Shown: piece after piece, positions 51,401 through 64,000 of the stretch | Layout of the letters: each line of letters starts with the position of its first letter | How positions within the stretch are numbered: the first letter of the stretch is position 1 | Assembly (NCBI GenBank): GCA_038087875.1 | Contig: CM075990.1 | Span: 6,574,001-6,638,000, forward strand | Direction: 5' to 3' | DNA length: 64,000 nucleotides | Source: Malacoraja senta | Lineage: Eukaryota | The notes under the pieces: generated by a model | Told to the model about the DNA's origin: nothing | Database searches by the model: none | What the model saw: only the letters and a program-made list of their open reading frames with translations | Made by a program: the position numbers and the translations under genes

Positions 51401-52874
51401 AAAGTGGGAGGCCATCTCTTTGACAGGAGTCATTACAGTAAGAGAACGAGAAAATGCTCTAAAAGACATTTTTTTGTGCTGCGCAATTGGGCACAACTTT
51501 CCCAAGCACCACAACGGATCGACTGGTAGCCTATGAAGACCAAGATTCTGGGCTGATGGTTTGTGGTGGCAGAGCTTTGAAGAGGATAATGTTGCTGTTC
51601 CCATCCTGCCCGTTGATGCCTGGGTGTCCATGCTGCTAGCTCGGGAGGCTCACAGGGAGAGTCATGACGGAGTGGCTGGGACCTTGCTTAAAATGAGAGG
51701 AAAGGCTTGGGTCATAGAAGGAAGGAGAATTGCTCAAAAAGTCGTTGATCACTGCATAATCTGCAAGAAAGCAAAGGCAAAGAAATGTCAACAAGTAATG
51801 AGTGATCTGCCGCTTGAAAGAACTGAACCTGCTGCTCCTTTTGAGTTTACAACAGTAGACCTCTTTGGACCCTACCACGTACACGATGACGTCAAGAAGA
51901 GGGTAAAACTCAAAGTCTGGGGAGTTGTCTTCTGCTGTATGGCCAGCAGAGCCATCCACACAGAGTTAGTCAACACCTTATCAAGTGAAGGGTTTCTGAT
52001 GGCTTATCAAAGATTCACAGCAATCCGTGGGCACCCCAAGAAGATCTGGTCAGATCCAGGCACCAATTTTATTGGCGCAAAACCAGTCTTAGAGGAACTA
52101 TATAGATTTTTGGACAACCTGGACAGAGCAGCTTTGGAGGAGAACGCAGCTAAAAATGGAACAGAGTGGATGTGGAAAATCCATCCTGCTGAATCTCCAC
52201 ACAGAAATGGCGCTGCGGAAGCTGCTGTGCGTGTTGTGAAGAGAGCGCTCCAAAGTTTTGGAAAAGAATCGTCACTCAGTTATAGTGAGTTTCAGACAGC
52301 TCTTTACGTGGCAGCCAACCTGTCAAATGAACGTCCGATCAACGCCAGGATACAAAGCCGGGAAGACTGCGTTCAGTACATCACACCAAATACTCTTCTG
52401 CTTGGCCGAGCATCTCAGTGCGGAGACATCAAGACTTTTGACTTTTCCAGCTACCCCTACAAAAGACTTAGAACAATGCAGTCAGAGGTGAACAAGTTTT
52501 GGAAGAGCTGGAGCCAACTCGCCGGTCCTAACTTGTTTATAAGGAGCAAGTGGCACACCACTCAGAGAAATGTCACTGCCGGAGACATTGTCTGGTTAAG
52601 TGACCAAAATGCACTGAGGGGGCAATTCAAGCTGGGCAGAGTCATCAGCTCCAATCCAGACCGCAAAGGCATCGTGAGAGACGTTAATGTACGGGTCTTT
52701 CCAAGTTACTCCATTCCTCTGACAAAGGCTTTGAAAGGAAGGGCAAGGCATTCCACTCAGGGGAAGGACAGGATCCAAGCCACGATTGTTCACAGGGATG
52801 TTAGGCGGCTGGTTGTCTTGCTTCCAGTAGAAGAACAAGACAGCAATGCATCAGGAGACCAAGTTCAAACCTAG
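48488..52874 (+). pseudogene. pol: BEL pol (protease, RT, RNase H, integrase), disrupted
   Basis: Protease-like LIDLASDTNY. RT motifs GDIKKMY and SYVDD (YVDD at 50038-50049). RNase H FSDGSEHTYG. Integrase HRESH..CIIC, DLFGP, SDPGTNF, NGAAE. Frameshift near 49940, stop at 50548-50550, and further lesions at 51320-51560. Confidence 0.92.
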
Positions 52875-52929
52875 ACTTCAAAGTTTGACTTTAAAGCGTC
52901 GATCTCCCAAGTGGTTCCATTGGAAGATC

Positions 52930-52939
52930 GAGTGGGAGG
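52930..52939 (+). promoter_or_regulatory. Polypurine tract
   Basis: gagtgggagg lies immediately 5' of the 3' LTR. Confidence 0.8.
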
Positions 52940-54112
52940 TGTCAAGTCAAACTGTAATGAAAGGTATTACCTGCCTCCAAGTTAAAGGGGGAGGAGTATT
53001 ATGTATGTAATATAATTGGTGTTACCGGGCTCCAAGTTAAAGGGGGAGGAGTGTTAGGTATGGGATAATTAGGATAAGTAATTGGTGTCTTGTGATGTCT
53101 GGGGCAAGTACGCAGGAGCAAAAAAGACAAGGTGGCGTCCTGCAGTAGAGAAGCTTGTATGATTCCTCCCGTGTCCGAGCCTTTATTAAAGACTGTTCAA
53201 AGCATCCGAATACACAACAATTGGCGACGAGGATAAAAGAACGAAGATAAGAACAAGGCCAGCAAGAAGAATCGAAAACAAAAGTTAAAAATAGAAGTAG
53301 TATTTGGAAACAAGTGGAACAGCACCAAGCCAAATGGTTTTGAATTGGCGCCAAAAAGAAAAAAGGTAGGAACGGGAAGCAATAGCTCAGGGAAGAGCTA
53401 GGAAATCAAGCAGGGGCAGTAAGGGTCACCAAGCACAGTGTCAGCTTACCTGGAATGTATCCAGGGCTGTGCAGCCCACAGCCAAGCCCAAGCAGCAGCC
53501 ACAGGCGTCGGGTGGGGGCCTAGTACCGTGAAGGCCACGGACAGGTCCAGAAAAGCCACCGACAAGAGGCTGAGTCTTCAGCCCAACTGGGAACAGTCAA
53601 CCCGGTGGGGGGAGAAAGCAGAGAAAGCCCGGTCGGGAGCAGAGTCAGCCCGACCGTGAACAGAGAAGCGGAGATAAGCCGAGTTCCGCCCGGGGCTTTA
53701 AAAAAGGGCACACAGCACCGGAAACGAGGAAAAGACGGAAGTTGACTTGCGGCTAAAAACTTGAACAGTATAATCTAAGAGACTGTCCTAAAAACTGCCG
53801 CGATCGCCAGCGAAGGCACGCAGGACTGATTATCTACAGCACCCGATTGGCAGCCAGTTTTTCACCTGCTAAAAGACTAAACTGTTAAATACCTTAAGAC
53901 CTACAACATCCAAATGCCTTCAAAGTAATGGCTGAAGCAATAAATCAAGTGAAACTGTCAATTAATTGCTGAATCTGCCAAAATAAAAGGAGGAAAAAAA
54001 TGGAAAATAAGTGGTTTGGTCATTGAGTGAAATCCAGTTCATCATTTTGGGGTGGATGAATCAGATCCCTTTCAAGCGGGGAATCTGCACAAAAAGATTA
54101 GAAGACTTGACA
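52940..54112 (+). repeat. 3' LTR (1173 bp)
   Basis: Direct repeat of the 5' LTR with an extra 29-bp segment near the 3' end. Confidence 0.96.
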
Positions 54113-54969
54113 GTAACGATTGTCTGAATTCCACCAATATCAATCTTAAAGTGAATCAAAAGAATTAGGGGCAAGATTCTGGATCTTGACCAGTCTCTCT
54201 CCCCAGGAGACCTCACCCACTATTGCCCAGAGCCTCTCCACAGGAATGTCAAGTCCCCATTTACACCTACCTTTTCCTGCTTCTGCTTTTCCACCGGTAT
54301 ACTGGGTAGAAAGAGTACAGGTACTCATATTCTGTTAAAAGTCATTTAATGCTTTTGTTTGAGAAGTCAACTCTTTAAATATTGACAAAAAGTGCTGGAG
54401 TAACTAGTGAGTCAGGCAGCTTCCTTGGAGAATGTTGATAGGTGAGATTTCGGATCGGACCTAAAACATCACCTATCCACATTCTCCTGGGATGCTACCT
54501 GACCCATTGAGATACTTTGTGCCTTTTTTATGTTCAAAGTCAAATTTAACATAATTTAGACACAAAATGTTGGAGTAACTCAGCGGGTGAGGCAACATCG
54601 CTGGAGAAAAAGAATAGGTGACATTTTGGGTCGAGACCGTTCTTCAGACTGAGACTCCAGCACTTTGTGTCTTTTTTGTAAACCAGTATCTGCAGTTCCA
54701 CATCTCTGCTCTTTAAATGTTGTGCTGTATTAGTGTTGGGTGTGGGAGGAAAAGTTTAATCTATTTACATTTGAAGTACTGGCAGTGGCTCAGAGATTTA
54801 GAATGAAGGCTTGTATTATATAGCACCTTTCAAATCCCTATTAGAACATCCAAAAGCACTCTGCATTCAATGTACTTTGCGTGAAATGCAGATATTACTG
54901 TAATGTAGGAAGCCCAGGAGCCAAGTTGCACACAGAACATTTCCACAGACATCTGGCGATGGTGACATT

Positions 54970-55240
54970 TAGTTTAGTTTAGTTTAGAGATACAGTGTGG
55001 ATACACCAAGTCCACACCGACCAACGTTCCCCCATGTAGTTCTATCCTACATATATAATGTACAGAAGCCGATTAACCTACAAACAGGTACTTCTTTGGG
55101 ATGCGGGAGGAAACCAGAGCTCCAAGAGAAAACCTACATGGTTACGGGGAGAACATACAAACTCCGTACAGCCAGCACCCATAGTTGGGATCAAACCCAG
55201 GTGCCTGGCGCTATTAGGCAGCAACTCTACCACTGCGCCA
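54970..55240 (-). mobile_element. HE1-like SINE
   Basis: (TTTAG)n tail, central domain, and head gcagcaactctaccactgcgccac. Confidence 0.8.
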
Positions 55241-56354
55241 CTTTTAATTGTTTTTTTAAGAATGATTATCTAGGAACAAATATTGATCGGATAATGTTTC
55301 CTCCCTTAGCTGCTTGGGATCTTTCATATTCACCTGAAAGAGGTGACAGGTTCCTCTGACAGTGTAGTACACCCTCAATACTGCACTAGCCTGCATGATT
55401 CAATATTGTCATTATAATTCCTGGAGCAAGATTTGATCCTGGCATCTTATTTTCAGACTAAAGGTGCTACCAAATGAATTGCATCTGACATTGGAGAGAT
55501 ACGCTCTGCATTCTGATACTCTACGCAGCACAAAATGCAGTAGGTTTTTTTGAGCAAGGTTTTTATTTTGTCCATCAGTCAGAAAGTTTCAGAAGGAACT
55601 GCAGATGCTGGTTTACACTGAAGATAGAGACACAATGTGCTGGAGTAACTCAGCGGGACAGGCAGCATCTCTGGAGAGAAGGAATGGGTGATGCTTCGGG
55701 TCGAGACCCTTCTTCAGACTAAGAGTACATGCAGTCTGAAGCAAAGCATCACAAAGTTAAAGAGCCACTCAATCCCCATTCATTGGCTTCTGTCACATTA
55801 CCTGACCATAGCTGGATTGATGGCAGAAACAATTGGCGTTGGAAAATGTTTCTGAAATGTTACTATAATTACGTTTCAGAAACATGTCATGTCCAAATGT
55901 TTCTGAAACGTTACTATAATACCTACCACAACTACCTCCTCTGGTATCTCATTCCATATACACACCACACCACCCTTTGTGTAAAACAAGTTACCCTTTA
56001 GGTTCCTTTTAATATTTGTACTGAAAGATGAAGTGCCAATGCCAACGATATCATTGAGTGGTAATCTAGAGCGAAATATTTGTATGCTTTTCAGAATTCA
56101 TGCAAGGGCCAATTTTATTAATGTTTTCCTTTGGAAACCTTACACTTAGAATAAATATTTTATTTACTGCCTTGCAAATGTACCAGAAACTACTTGAGTG
56201 ACTCATGAAATCTATCAATCTCTGTTTTAAATATACTTAGCTACTGAGTACCCAGAACTGTTTTGGCTAGAAAATTGTGATGATTCTCAACTCTCTGGAT
56301 GAAGGTGTTTCTTATTTCAGTCCTGAACTGTCAGCCCTTTATTTTGAGGTAGTG

Positions 56355-56740
56355 AATTCCTTTTTCACCCAGAGAGATGTGAATCTGTGGAATTCTCTGC
56401 CACCGAAGGCGGTGGAGGCCAATGCACTGGATGTTTTCAAGAGAGAGTTAGATTTAGCTCTTACTGCTAACGTAATCAAGGGATATGGGGAGAAAGCAGG
56501 AACAGGGTAGTGATTTAGGATGATCAGCCATGATCATATTGAATGGGGAGAAGGCAGGCATGGGTTATTGATTGGGGACGATCAGCCATGATCACAATGA
56601 ATGGTGGTGCTGGCTCGAAGGGCCGAATGGCCTCCTCCTGCACCTATTTTCTATGTTTCTTTGTTTCTATTTTCTATGAATGGCGGTGCTGGCTCAGAGG
56701 GCTGAATGGCCTACTCCTGCACCTATTCTCTATGTTTCTG
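56355..56740 (+). mobile_element. CR1/HER1 LINE 3' end with stacked tail fragments
   Basis: FFTQRDVNLWNSLP motif. The 3'-UTR segment gatcagccatgatc...cctgcacctattttctatg recurs in tandem. Confidence 0.82.
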
Positions 56741-57404
56741 GATACTCTGCGCATGGTATCCCTGGACTATGCACATCCCTGCATCTGTCATGTCAAGTCC
56801 CAGAAAAAAATGTTGTATGTCTTGAAAAGATCACAGCATTTTCTTCCAAACCCAGTTGAGTGTTGGCCCAGGTTTGAAGTGTCAATATGAGTCTGAAGAA
56901 AAGTCCCGTCCCGAAACGTCGCCTCTCCATGTTTTCCAGAGATGTTGCCAGACCTGCTGAGTTACTTCAGCACTTGCTGTCCATGAGTGTATGTCTAACC
57001 TGGATTATGTCTAATCACTCCCCATAGGGTAACCTCACCCCAGCCAGCGATCTGGTGAACATTTTTAGCACTCCCTCTGTTCCTGCAATGCTATTCAGTA
57101 TCTACTCAAGTCCTCTTGCGATCTGGACCAATGTACCATTTGTTTTCTTGAATGGTTTTAATATCTGTAAGTTCATTTATCTTTATTTCTTCACAAGAAC
57201 ACTTAGGTTCCTCTGAACACCATCACTTTTCAATCTCTCACCATTTAGATGAAGATGTTCTCTGCCTTTCTACTTAATCCAAAGTCGATGCCCTCGCATT
57301 TTCCTGCAGTTTGTTCCATCTGCCCCATTCACCATGCCTATCTCCATAACTTCCTCGCAACTCACATTGCCATCTACTTCTGTATCGCTGGCACAATTGT
57401 CAGA

Positions 57405-57712
57405 GGGCGGCACGGTGGCACAGCGGTAGAGCTACTGTCTTACAGCGCCCGGGACCCGGGTTCGATCCTGACTACGGGTGCTTGCCTGTACAGAGTTTGT
57501 ACGTTCTCTCCATGACCTGCGTGGGTTTTCTCCGTGATCTTCGGTTTCCTCCCACACTCCAAAGACGCACAGGTTTGTAGGTTAATTGGCTTGGTGTATG
57601 TGTAAAACCTGTCCCTAGTGTGTGTAGCGGGGATCGCTGGTCGGTGCGCATTCGGTGGGCCGAAGGGCCTGTTTCTGCTCTGTATCTCTAAACTAAACTA
57701 GAAACTAAAACT
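57405..57712 (+). mobile_element. HE1-like SINE, full length
   Basis: gggcggcacggtggcacagcggtagag head, B-box gggttcgatcc, central domain, and (CTAAA)n tail. Confidence 0.92.
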
Positions 57713-58869
57713 CACACCACCATCTACTTCTGTATCATTGGCAAATGTGGATATATTATACTTGATATCAAAATCATTGATATGAGTTGTGAACATCTGA
57801 GGTCCATGCACCAGTTCTTGCAGCTCTCACATCACTGCATTCCTATATGAAAAATGACCTGTTTATTTCTATTCTCCATTTTTGGGACAGTTACATTCTT
57901 CTTCATTACCTCCAATCTCATGTGCCCTAATTTAGTTTATAAATCTCCTGTGTGGCATTTCATTGCAGGACTTCTGAATGTCCAAACACATCACTGGTTT
58001 GCTATTATCTATTCTGTTGGTTCCCGACTCAAAAATAAAACATTAACTGGCTTGTCAAACATAATTTTCTTTCCGTTGAGAAATGTTGGCTCTGTCCAAT
58101 CCTATTATTATTTTCTAAGTGCTGTGTTACAATTGACTTGGTAAAAGATTTCAACAATTTCCTGACCCTTGACGTCCAGTTAACTGGTCTGTGGTTTTTC
58201 ATTTTCTCTCTCTTGCCTTACTTTTAAATAATGAAGTTACATTTACTCCCCCTCAAAAACACCTCTCAAACCTATTCCATTTTCCTACATGATAATCAGT
58301 GAATCCATTATCTCCATATGCCTGTCTATGTTCACCATAGAACATATAAAAGTACAAGTAGATAGACACAAAAAGCTGGTGTAACTCAGAGGGTCAGGCA
58401 GCATCTCTGGGGAAAAGGAATAGGTGATGATTCGGGTCGAGACCCTTCTTCAGACTGAGGGTCAGGGGACAGGGAAATGAGAGATATAGACGATGATCTT
58501 GAGAGATATGGAAAAAATGAAGTAAAAATATGCAAAATTGTAACAATGGTTAAGGAAACAGGCCATAGTTAGATGTGGCCTTGGTGAAAACAAGTTACAG
58601 ACAATGAGACTCAACAAGATGACTTTGAAGCTAGTACACTGCCTTGGGTGGGGGAGGGATGGAGTGAGAGGCTTGCAAGTGTTAATGAAAGTTAGAGAAA
58701 TCAAAATTCATACCACTGGGTTGTAAGCTGCCCAGGCTAAATATGAGGTGCTGTTCCTCCAATTTGCGTTTGACCTCATCTATTCATTTTCTCCAGAGAT
58801 GCTGTCTGACCCATTGAGTAACAGCAGCTTTTTGTATCTATCTTTGGTTTAAACCAGCATCTGCAGTTT

Positions 58870-59500
58870 GGCCTTCAGCAGTCAGAGTATTGAGTATAGA
58901 AGTTGAGAGGTCATGTTGCAGTTGTACAAGATGTTGGTGAGATCACATTTAGAATATTGTGTTCAGTTCTGGCCGCCATGTTATAGGAAAGATATCGTCA
59001 AGCTTGAAAGGGTTCAGAAAAGATTGACGAGGAAGTTGCCAGGATTAGAGGGTGTGAGCTATAGGGAGAGGTTGAGTAGGCTGGGTCTATTCCATGGAGC
59101 GCAGGAAGATGAGGGGTGATCTTATGGAGGTGTACAAAATCATGAGAGGAATAGATTGGGTAGATGCAAGAGTCTCTTGCCAAGAATAGGAGAATTGAGG
59201 ACCAGAGGACATAGGTTCAAGGTGAAGGGAAAAAGATTTAATAGGATTCCGAGTATTCCTTTTTCACTTTTTCACACAAAGGATGGTGGATGTATGGAAC
59301 AAGCTGCCAGGGGAGGTAGTTGAGGCTGGCACTATCCCATCATTTAAGAAACAGTTAGACTGGTACATGGAAAGGACTGGTTTGGAGGGATATGGACCAA
59401 GCGCAGGCAAGTGGGACTAGTGTAGCTGGGACATTGTTGGCCGGTGTGGGCAAGTTGGGCCAAAGGGCCTGTTTCCACACTGTATGACTCTATGACTCTA
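58870..59500 (+). mobile_element. CR1/HER1-type LINE 3' fragment
   Basis: LQLYKMLVRSHLEYCVQFWPPCYRKDIVKLERVQKR motif and a (CTATGACT)n tail. Confidence 0.92.
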
Positions 59501-60317
59501 TAACCTCATATGCCAGCACACGACCCATAGCCATTTATTCGCAGCATATCCACATATCTACCTAAGAGCCACTTAAACACCAATATTGTATCTGCCTCCA
59601 CCACCACCCTTGGCAGCGCATTCCAGACACCCACCACCCTCTATGAAAAAAAGTTGCTCTGCACATCTCCTTTAAATTAAGCTTCTCTCATCTTAAAGCT
59701 AGACTTTGACTTTTCCATCCTGGGAAAAAACATTCTGATCTATCAAGACATTGGGATGAAGCTTGTAGGGCCCTAGGGGTTTAATGGCTATAAGTCCCAA
59801 TAATTTCTCAAATATTATCTGTATTGTTTGCACTAGGTCCATTCTGCTCCCCATTCATTCTATTTCTGAGGGAAATTTTGGCTCTTTCCTGTGAAAATAA
59901 GAGACAACATATATAAAGACACAATGAACTGCAGGTGCTGGCTTACATAAAAAAACACTAAATGCTAGAATAACTCAACGGGTCAGGCAGCATGTTTAGT
60001 TTAGTTGAGAGATACAGCATAGAAACAATCCCCTTGGCCCACCGAGTCCACACCAACCATCGATCACCCATTTGCACCCGTTTACATGTATCACACTTTC
60101 ATATCCACTCCCTATACACGCAGGGCAATTTACAGAGGACAATTAATCTACAAAGTCATAAATCTTTGGAATGTGTGAGGAAACTGGTGCATCCGAAGGA
60201 AACCCGTGTGACCACAGGGAGAACATGCAAACTCCAAACAGACAGCACCTGAAGTCAGGATCGAACTTGGGTCTTTGGACAGCAGCAGCTTTATCAGCAG
60301 CTTTACCAGTTGCTTAA

Positions 60318-60982
60318 AGGGCCTGTCCCACTTAGGCAAATTTTTCGGCTGTTTTCACATGGTCGTGGGGTGACGCCTGTATGGTCGGGAGTAGTCTCCT
60401 CAAGTCGCCTAAAGAGTCGTAATGTTTATCCGGTCGCTGCTGGATTTTGAAATGTTCAAAACTTTTTGCCGACTGTGGTGTTGACGTAGCTTGTCTTCTC
60501 CTGTCGTAGGTGCTGTCGTAGGTTGTCGCCAGGATGAGGCAGGTTGTCGCCAGGTGACGTTGGTTTCGCCGGGTGTTGACTTTGGTGAATTCCAATGGCG
60601 ACTACCTACGTCAACCTACGTCAACCGGCGACAGGTACCGGCGACTGAATTGTCTTCAGTTGTCGCCGACAGGGTCGTTGCTTGTCGTAGCTTGTCGCGG
60701 GTGGACATAGGTTGACTTTGGTTGTCGTAGGTTGTCGATTGTGTGGTCGTAGGTTGCCGTAGGTGTGGTCGTAGGTTGTCGTAGGTCTCGTCTTAGATGG
60801 ACGTCCTAAGCCGTGACGATTCGGTCGCCGGTTGGCGGTAGCTTGCCGTTGCTTGACGTCGACTAGGTGGTAGGTTGTCGTAGACATTGTCGTAGGGGGG
60901 GAGGGTCCAGTCGCCCGCTTTATCGGCGACCTGCTACGACTGTGACAGTCGCCGAAAAAATCACCTAAGTGGGACAGGCCCT
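60318..60982. mobile_element. PIF/Harbinger-type MITE with internal tandem repeats
   Basis: TIRs agggcctgtcccacttagg and cctaagtgggacaggccct. Flanked by taa and tta. Internal gtcgtaggtt-like repeats. Partly homologous to 3017-3346 in the opposite orientation. Confidence 0.87.
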
Positions 60983-61654
60983 TTACTGATTCTTCCCCAT
61001 GTTCACTGGAGAACATGGATGTAACATATTTATTTAATTTCTTGGCCATTTCCTTCTTCTCCAATAAACCTTTTCCTGTCCATATTAACTTCTATTAATA
61101 TTTTGTTTTTATATAATCTACTGAAGCGATGCAGCATGTTCTTGCTGGGTTACTCTCATATTCCACAGGCCAGCTCCTCATCGATACCAGCCCTCAATCA
61201 TTGCATTTTAAAATTGTCCCATTTCTCAGGCTTCCTGCTTTTCTTGGCAACATTACAAGACTTTTCCTTTGAAGTAATGTTGTTTTTTAACTTCACTTGT
61301 TGGGAATTGTTGAACCACATTGCCACTTGGGTTTCTGTGCCTTAAAGAAGTATCATTTGTTTAACTGTTAGCCATTGTTTAAATGTCTTCCCTATATCTA
61401 ATCTACCTTCATGTCTACTTAGTTTAGTCCCCAGCCTTCTCAATTAAACGTTCAAAAGACAAAGGGATGAGTTTGTAATGTATTTATATGTATTTCATCG
61501 GGCTGTTTTTGTTAAGAAAATTACTTGATAATCATCTGCCTTTCCAATGCGGAAATCCTGTGCACCTTGAGTAACTACACGTATAATAAAAACAGTTAAC
61601 ATTTGACAATTATCAAACCGTTCCCTCAGTAAATAGCTTATCTGCTTCATGATT

Positions 61655-62520
61655 TGGAGGAGTTGCAGACAGCAAGGAAGGCTATCTGAAGACACAGCAG
61701 GATATCGATAAGCGACAGAAATGGACGGGGAAATGGCAGATGGAGTTTACCCCAAGCAAGTGTAAGGTGCTGCTCTTTGGGAGGATGATTGTGAGAGGTT
61801 GATTGGGAGAGTATACAGATAATGGCAAGACCCTTTACAGCACTGATGTGCGAAGAGATCTTGGTCCAGCGAGAATTTAGCTCTTAGGGCTAAAGGAATC
61901 AAGGGATATGGGGAAAAAGCAGGAACGGGGTACTGATTTTGGATGATCTGCCATGATCACATTGAATGGCGGTGCTGGCTTGAAGGACCGAATGGCCTGC
62001 TCCTGCACCTATTTTCTATTTTTAGAAAGAAAAAGATAGATCAGCCATGATTGAAAGGTGGAGTAGACTCAATGGGCCAAATAGTCAAATTCTGCTCCTT
62101 TGCCCGATGAACCTATGAAGTTCATAGCTCACTAAAGGTGGCAACTCAAGTAGATGGGGTGGTAAATAAGGCATTTGGTGTGCTTGCCTTCATTACTAGG
62201 GACATTGAGAACAAGATTCAGCAAGTCATAATGCCACTCTATAGGACTTTGGCAAGGCCGCATGTTGAATGATGCGTGCAGTTCTGGTCGCCCCATAACT
62301 GGAAAGATGTGGAAGCTTTGGAGAGGGTGTAGAGAAGGTGTACCAGAATGTTGCTTGGATACGAGGGTTTCAGCTACAGGGAGAGGTTGGATAGACTCGG
62401 ATTGTTTTCTCTGGAACGTCGGAGGTTGAGGAGAGACTTGAAGAGAAATTTATTAGATTGTGAGAGATATAGATAGAGTAGACACTCAGCACCATTTTCC
62501 CAGGATGGAAATGTCCAACA
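61655..62520 (+). mobile_element. Older CR1 LINE fragment with a younger LINE tail nested at about 61870-62115
   Basis: Degenerate CR1 RT C-terminal sequence (aaatggcagatggagttt...aagtgtaaggtg and gtgcagttctggtcgcccca). Confidence 0.75.
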
Positions 62521-62526
62521 CTAGTG

Positions 62527-62840
62527 GGCAGCCATGGTGGCACAGCGGTAGAGTTGCTGCATTACAGCGCTTGAAGCGCCGAAGACCTGGGTTCGATCCC
62601 GACTAAGGGTGCTGTCTGTACGGAGTTTGTACGTTCTCCCCGTGACCAAGTGGGTTTTCTCTGAAATCTTCGGTTTCCTCCCAAACTCCAAAGACGTGCA
62701 GGTTTGTAGGTTAATTGACTTGGTGTATGTGTAAATTGTGTGTGTAGGATAGTGTTAATGTGCGGGTATTGATGGTTGGTGCGGACTTGGTGGGCCGAAG
62801 GGCCTGTTTCCACTCTGCATCTCTAAAATAAACTAAAAAA
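62527..62840 (+). mobile_element. HE1-like SINE, full length
   Basis: Complete head, B-box, central domain and tail. TSD-like actagtgg on both sides. Confidence 0.9.
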
Positions 62841-63514
62841 ACTAGTGGGAATGGGTCAGAGTGTGGATTCTAGTATTGTTACAATCTACTCTCCATGTTA
62901 TTTGTTGATTATCCTTTACCCTTCAGGCCATGTTGCAAAGTTTATTATAAGGTTCATCAAAACTGTTACAAACAGCTGAGATCATGGAAAGTTTCTCCAA
63001 CTTTTTATATTCAAAGCCGATGCATATCAAAAGGGTAACAAGAGTCAAGAGTCAAGAGTACTTTATTGTCATATGTACTGAAATGGAACAATGACATTCT
63101 TACTTGTAGCAGCACAACAGGTCCTTAAACACAGTAATCATCACACAATAATATAAACAAAGAAAAAAAGTTCAATAAATAAATAAACACAATATAGTGC
63201 AATAAACACAATAAAGTCTAAAGTCCCTAGTGGAACCCAGGCAGTTCATAGTTCAAAGTTTAGTTGGAGTTTGTAACGTTCAATAGCCTAATGGTTCTTC
63301 CCAATGGCAGGAATGAAATGTGAGCCCAGCCAGGGTGGTGTGGGTCCTTGATGATGCTGGCTGCCTTATTTGAGACAGAATATTCAGTTAAATCAAAATA
63401 TGAAATAAAATGGTATCACAAACCCTGTATTGGAACAAGTTTAGGTCCCGGAAACCTCGACGTCAATGTGTATGGAAGAACCGCCCCACTGCGATCTCCT
63501 TGGGGGGATTTTTA

Positions 63515-63822
63515 GTTAAGAGATACAGCATGGAAACAGGCCCTTTGGCCCACCGGGTGCAGGATGACCATCTATCACCTAGTTCACCCTTGTTCTATGT
63601 TATTCCACTTTCATGTACGCTCCCTACAAATTAGGGGCAATTTACAGAGGCCAATTGACCTACATAAACCAAATGTCTTTGAGATGTGTGAGGGAACCGA
63701 AACACCCCGAGGAAACTCACGCAAACGCAGGTGCAAGATACAAACTTCACACGGATAACACCCAAGGTCAGGATCGAACCAGGACCTCTGGGCACTGAGA
63801 GGCAGCTGTGTCACCTCGCCAT
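63515..63822 (-). mobile_element. HE1-like SINE
   Basis: Reverse-complement SINE with ggtcaggatcgaacc B-box. Confidence 0.75.
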
Positions 63823-64000
63823 GATAAACCTTCAGACCGATATGAAAGCACAAGATTGAGAATCAGCTTCCTGATACCTCCCTCCATCTTAACCCAGAGC
63901 AGGGCATCTCTCTGGCTCCAGGCAGTACCGTGGAAACGCTCTGGAGCTCACTTGAAGAAGTTTCCTGTACATCTCACATCTTCCAGACTAACAGCTTTCA

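Larger units (their letters stand above)
44469..54112 (+). mobile_element. Full-length, degenerate BEL/Pao LTR retrotransposon
   Basis: Paired LTRs with tgtcaagtc...gacttgaca termini. 5-bp TSD GTAAC at 44464-44468 and 54113-54117. Domain order gag-PR-RT-RH-IN, three Cys/His clusters in gag, YVDD, and BEL-type RH/IN motifs. Confidence 0.96.

Noticed and set aside
52560..52939. env-like gene after integrase
   Set aside because: The integrase ORF ends at 52874, only 65 bp before the 3' LTR, leaving no room for an additional ORF.
57405..57480. tRNA gene (A and B boxes)
   Set aside because: It is the tRNA-derived head of a SINE and continues into the SINE body and tail. The same applies to all similar copies.

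Overview
Repeat-dense, AT-rich vertebrate non-coding DNA with no host protein-coding exon that I can recognise. The repeat repertoire (HE1-like tRNA-derived V-SINEs, HER1/CR1-type LINE 3' ends, Penelope-like terminal repeats) suggests a cartilaginous fish, probably a skate or ray; this is an inference. The dominant feature is a full-length but decayed BEL/Pao LTR retrotransposon (44469-54112, 5-bp TSD GTAAC, LTRs of 1145 and 1173 bp) with a CR1 LINE fragment nested in gag. Two of its features stand out. First, it has no tRNA primer-binding site: the 11 nt after the 5' LTR are the exact reverse complement of an Initiator-like site inside its own LTR, the architecture of Tf1-type self-primed reverse transcription. 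Second, both LTRs carry what looks like a captured Gypsy-type PPT-LTR-tRNA(Ser) PBS module. The window also holds seven PIF/Harbinger-type MITEs, many minimal hammerhead-ribozyme-like cores in Penelope-like repeats, a short (AAG)n-tailed retroelement, Tx1, RTE and Rex-like LINE fragments, and long microsatellites. Most ORFs in the supplied track are repeat artefacts. All alignments and counts were made by eye, and SINE/LINE fragment boundaries are approximate.
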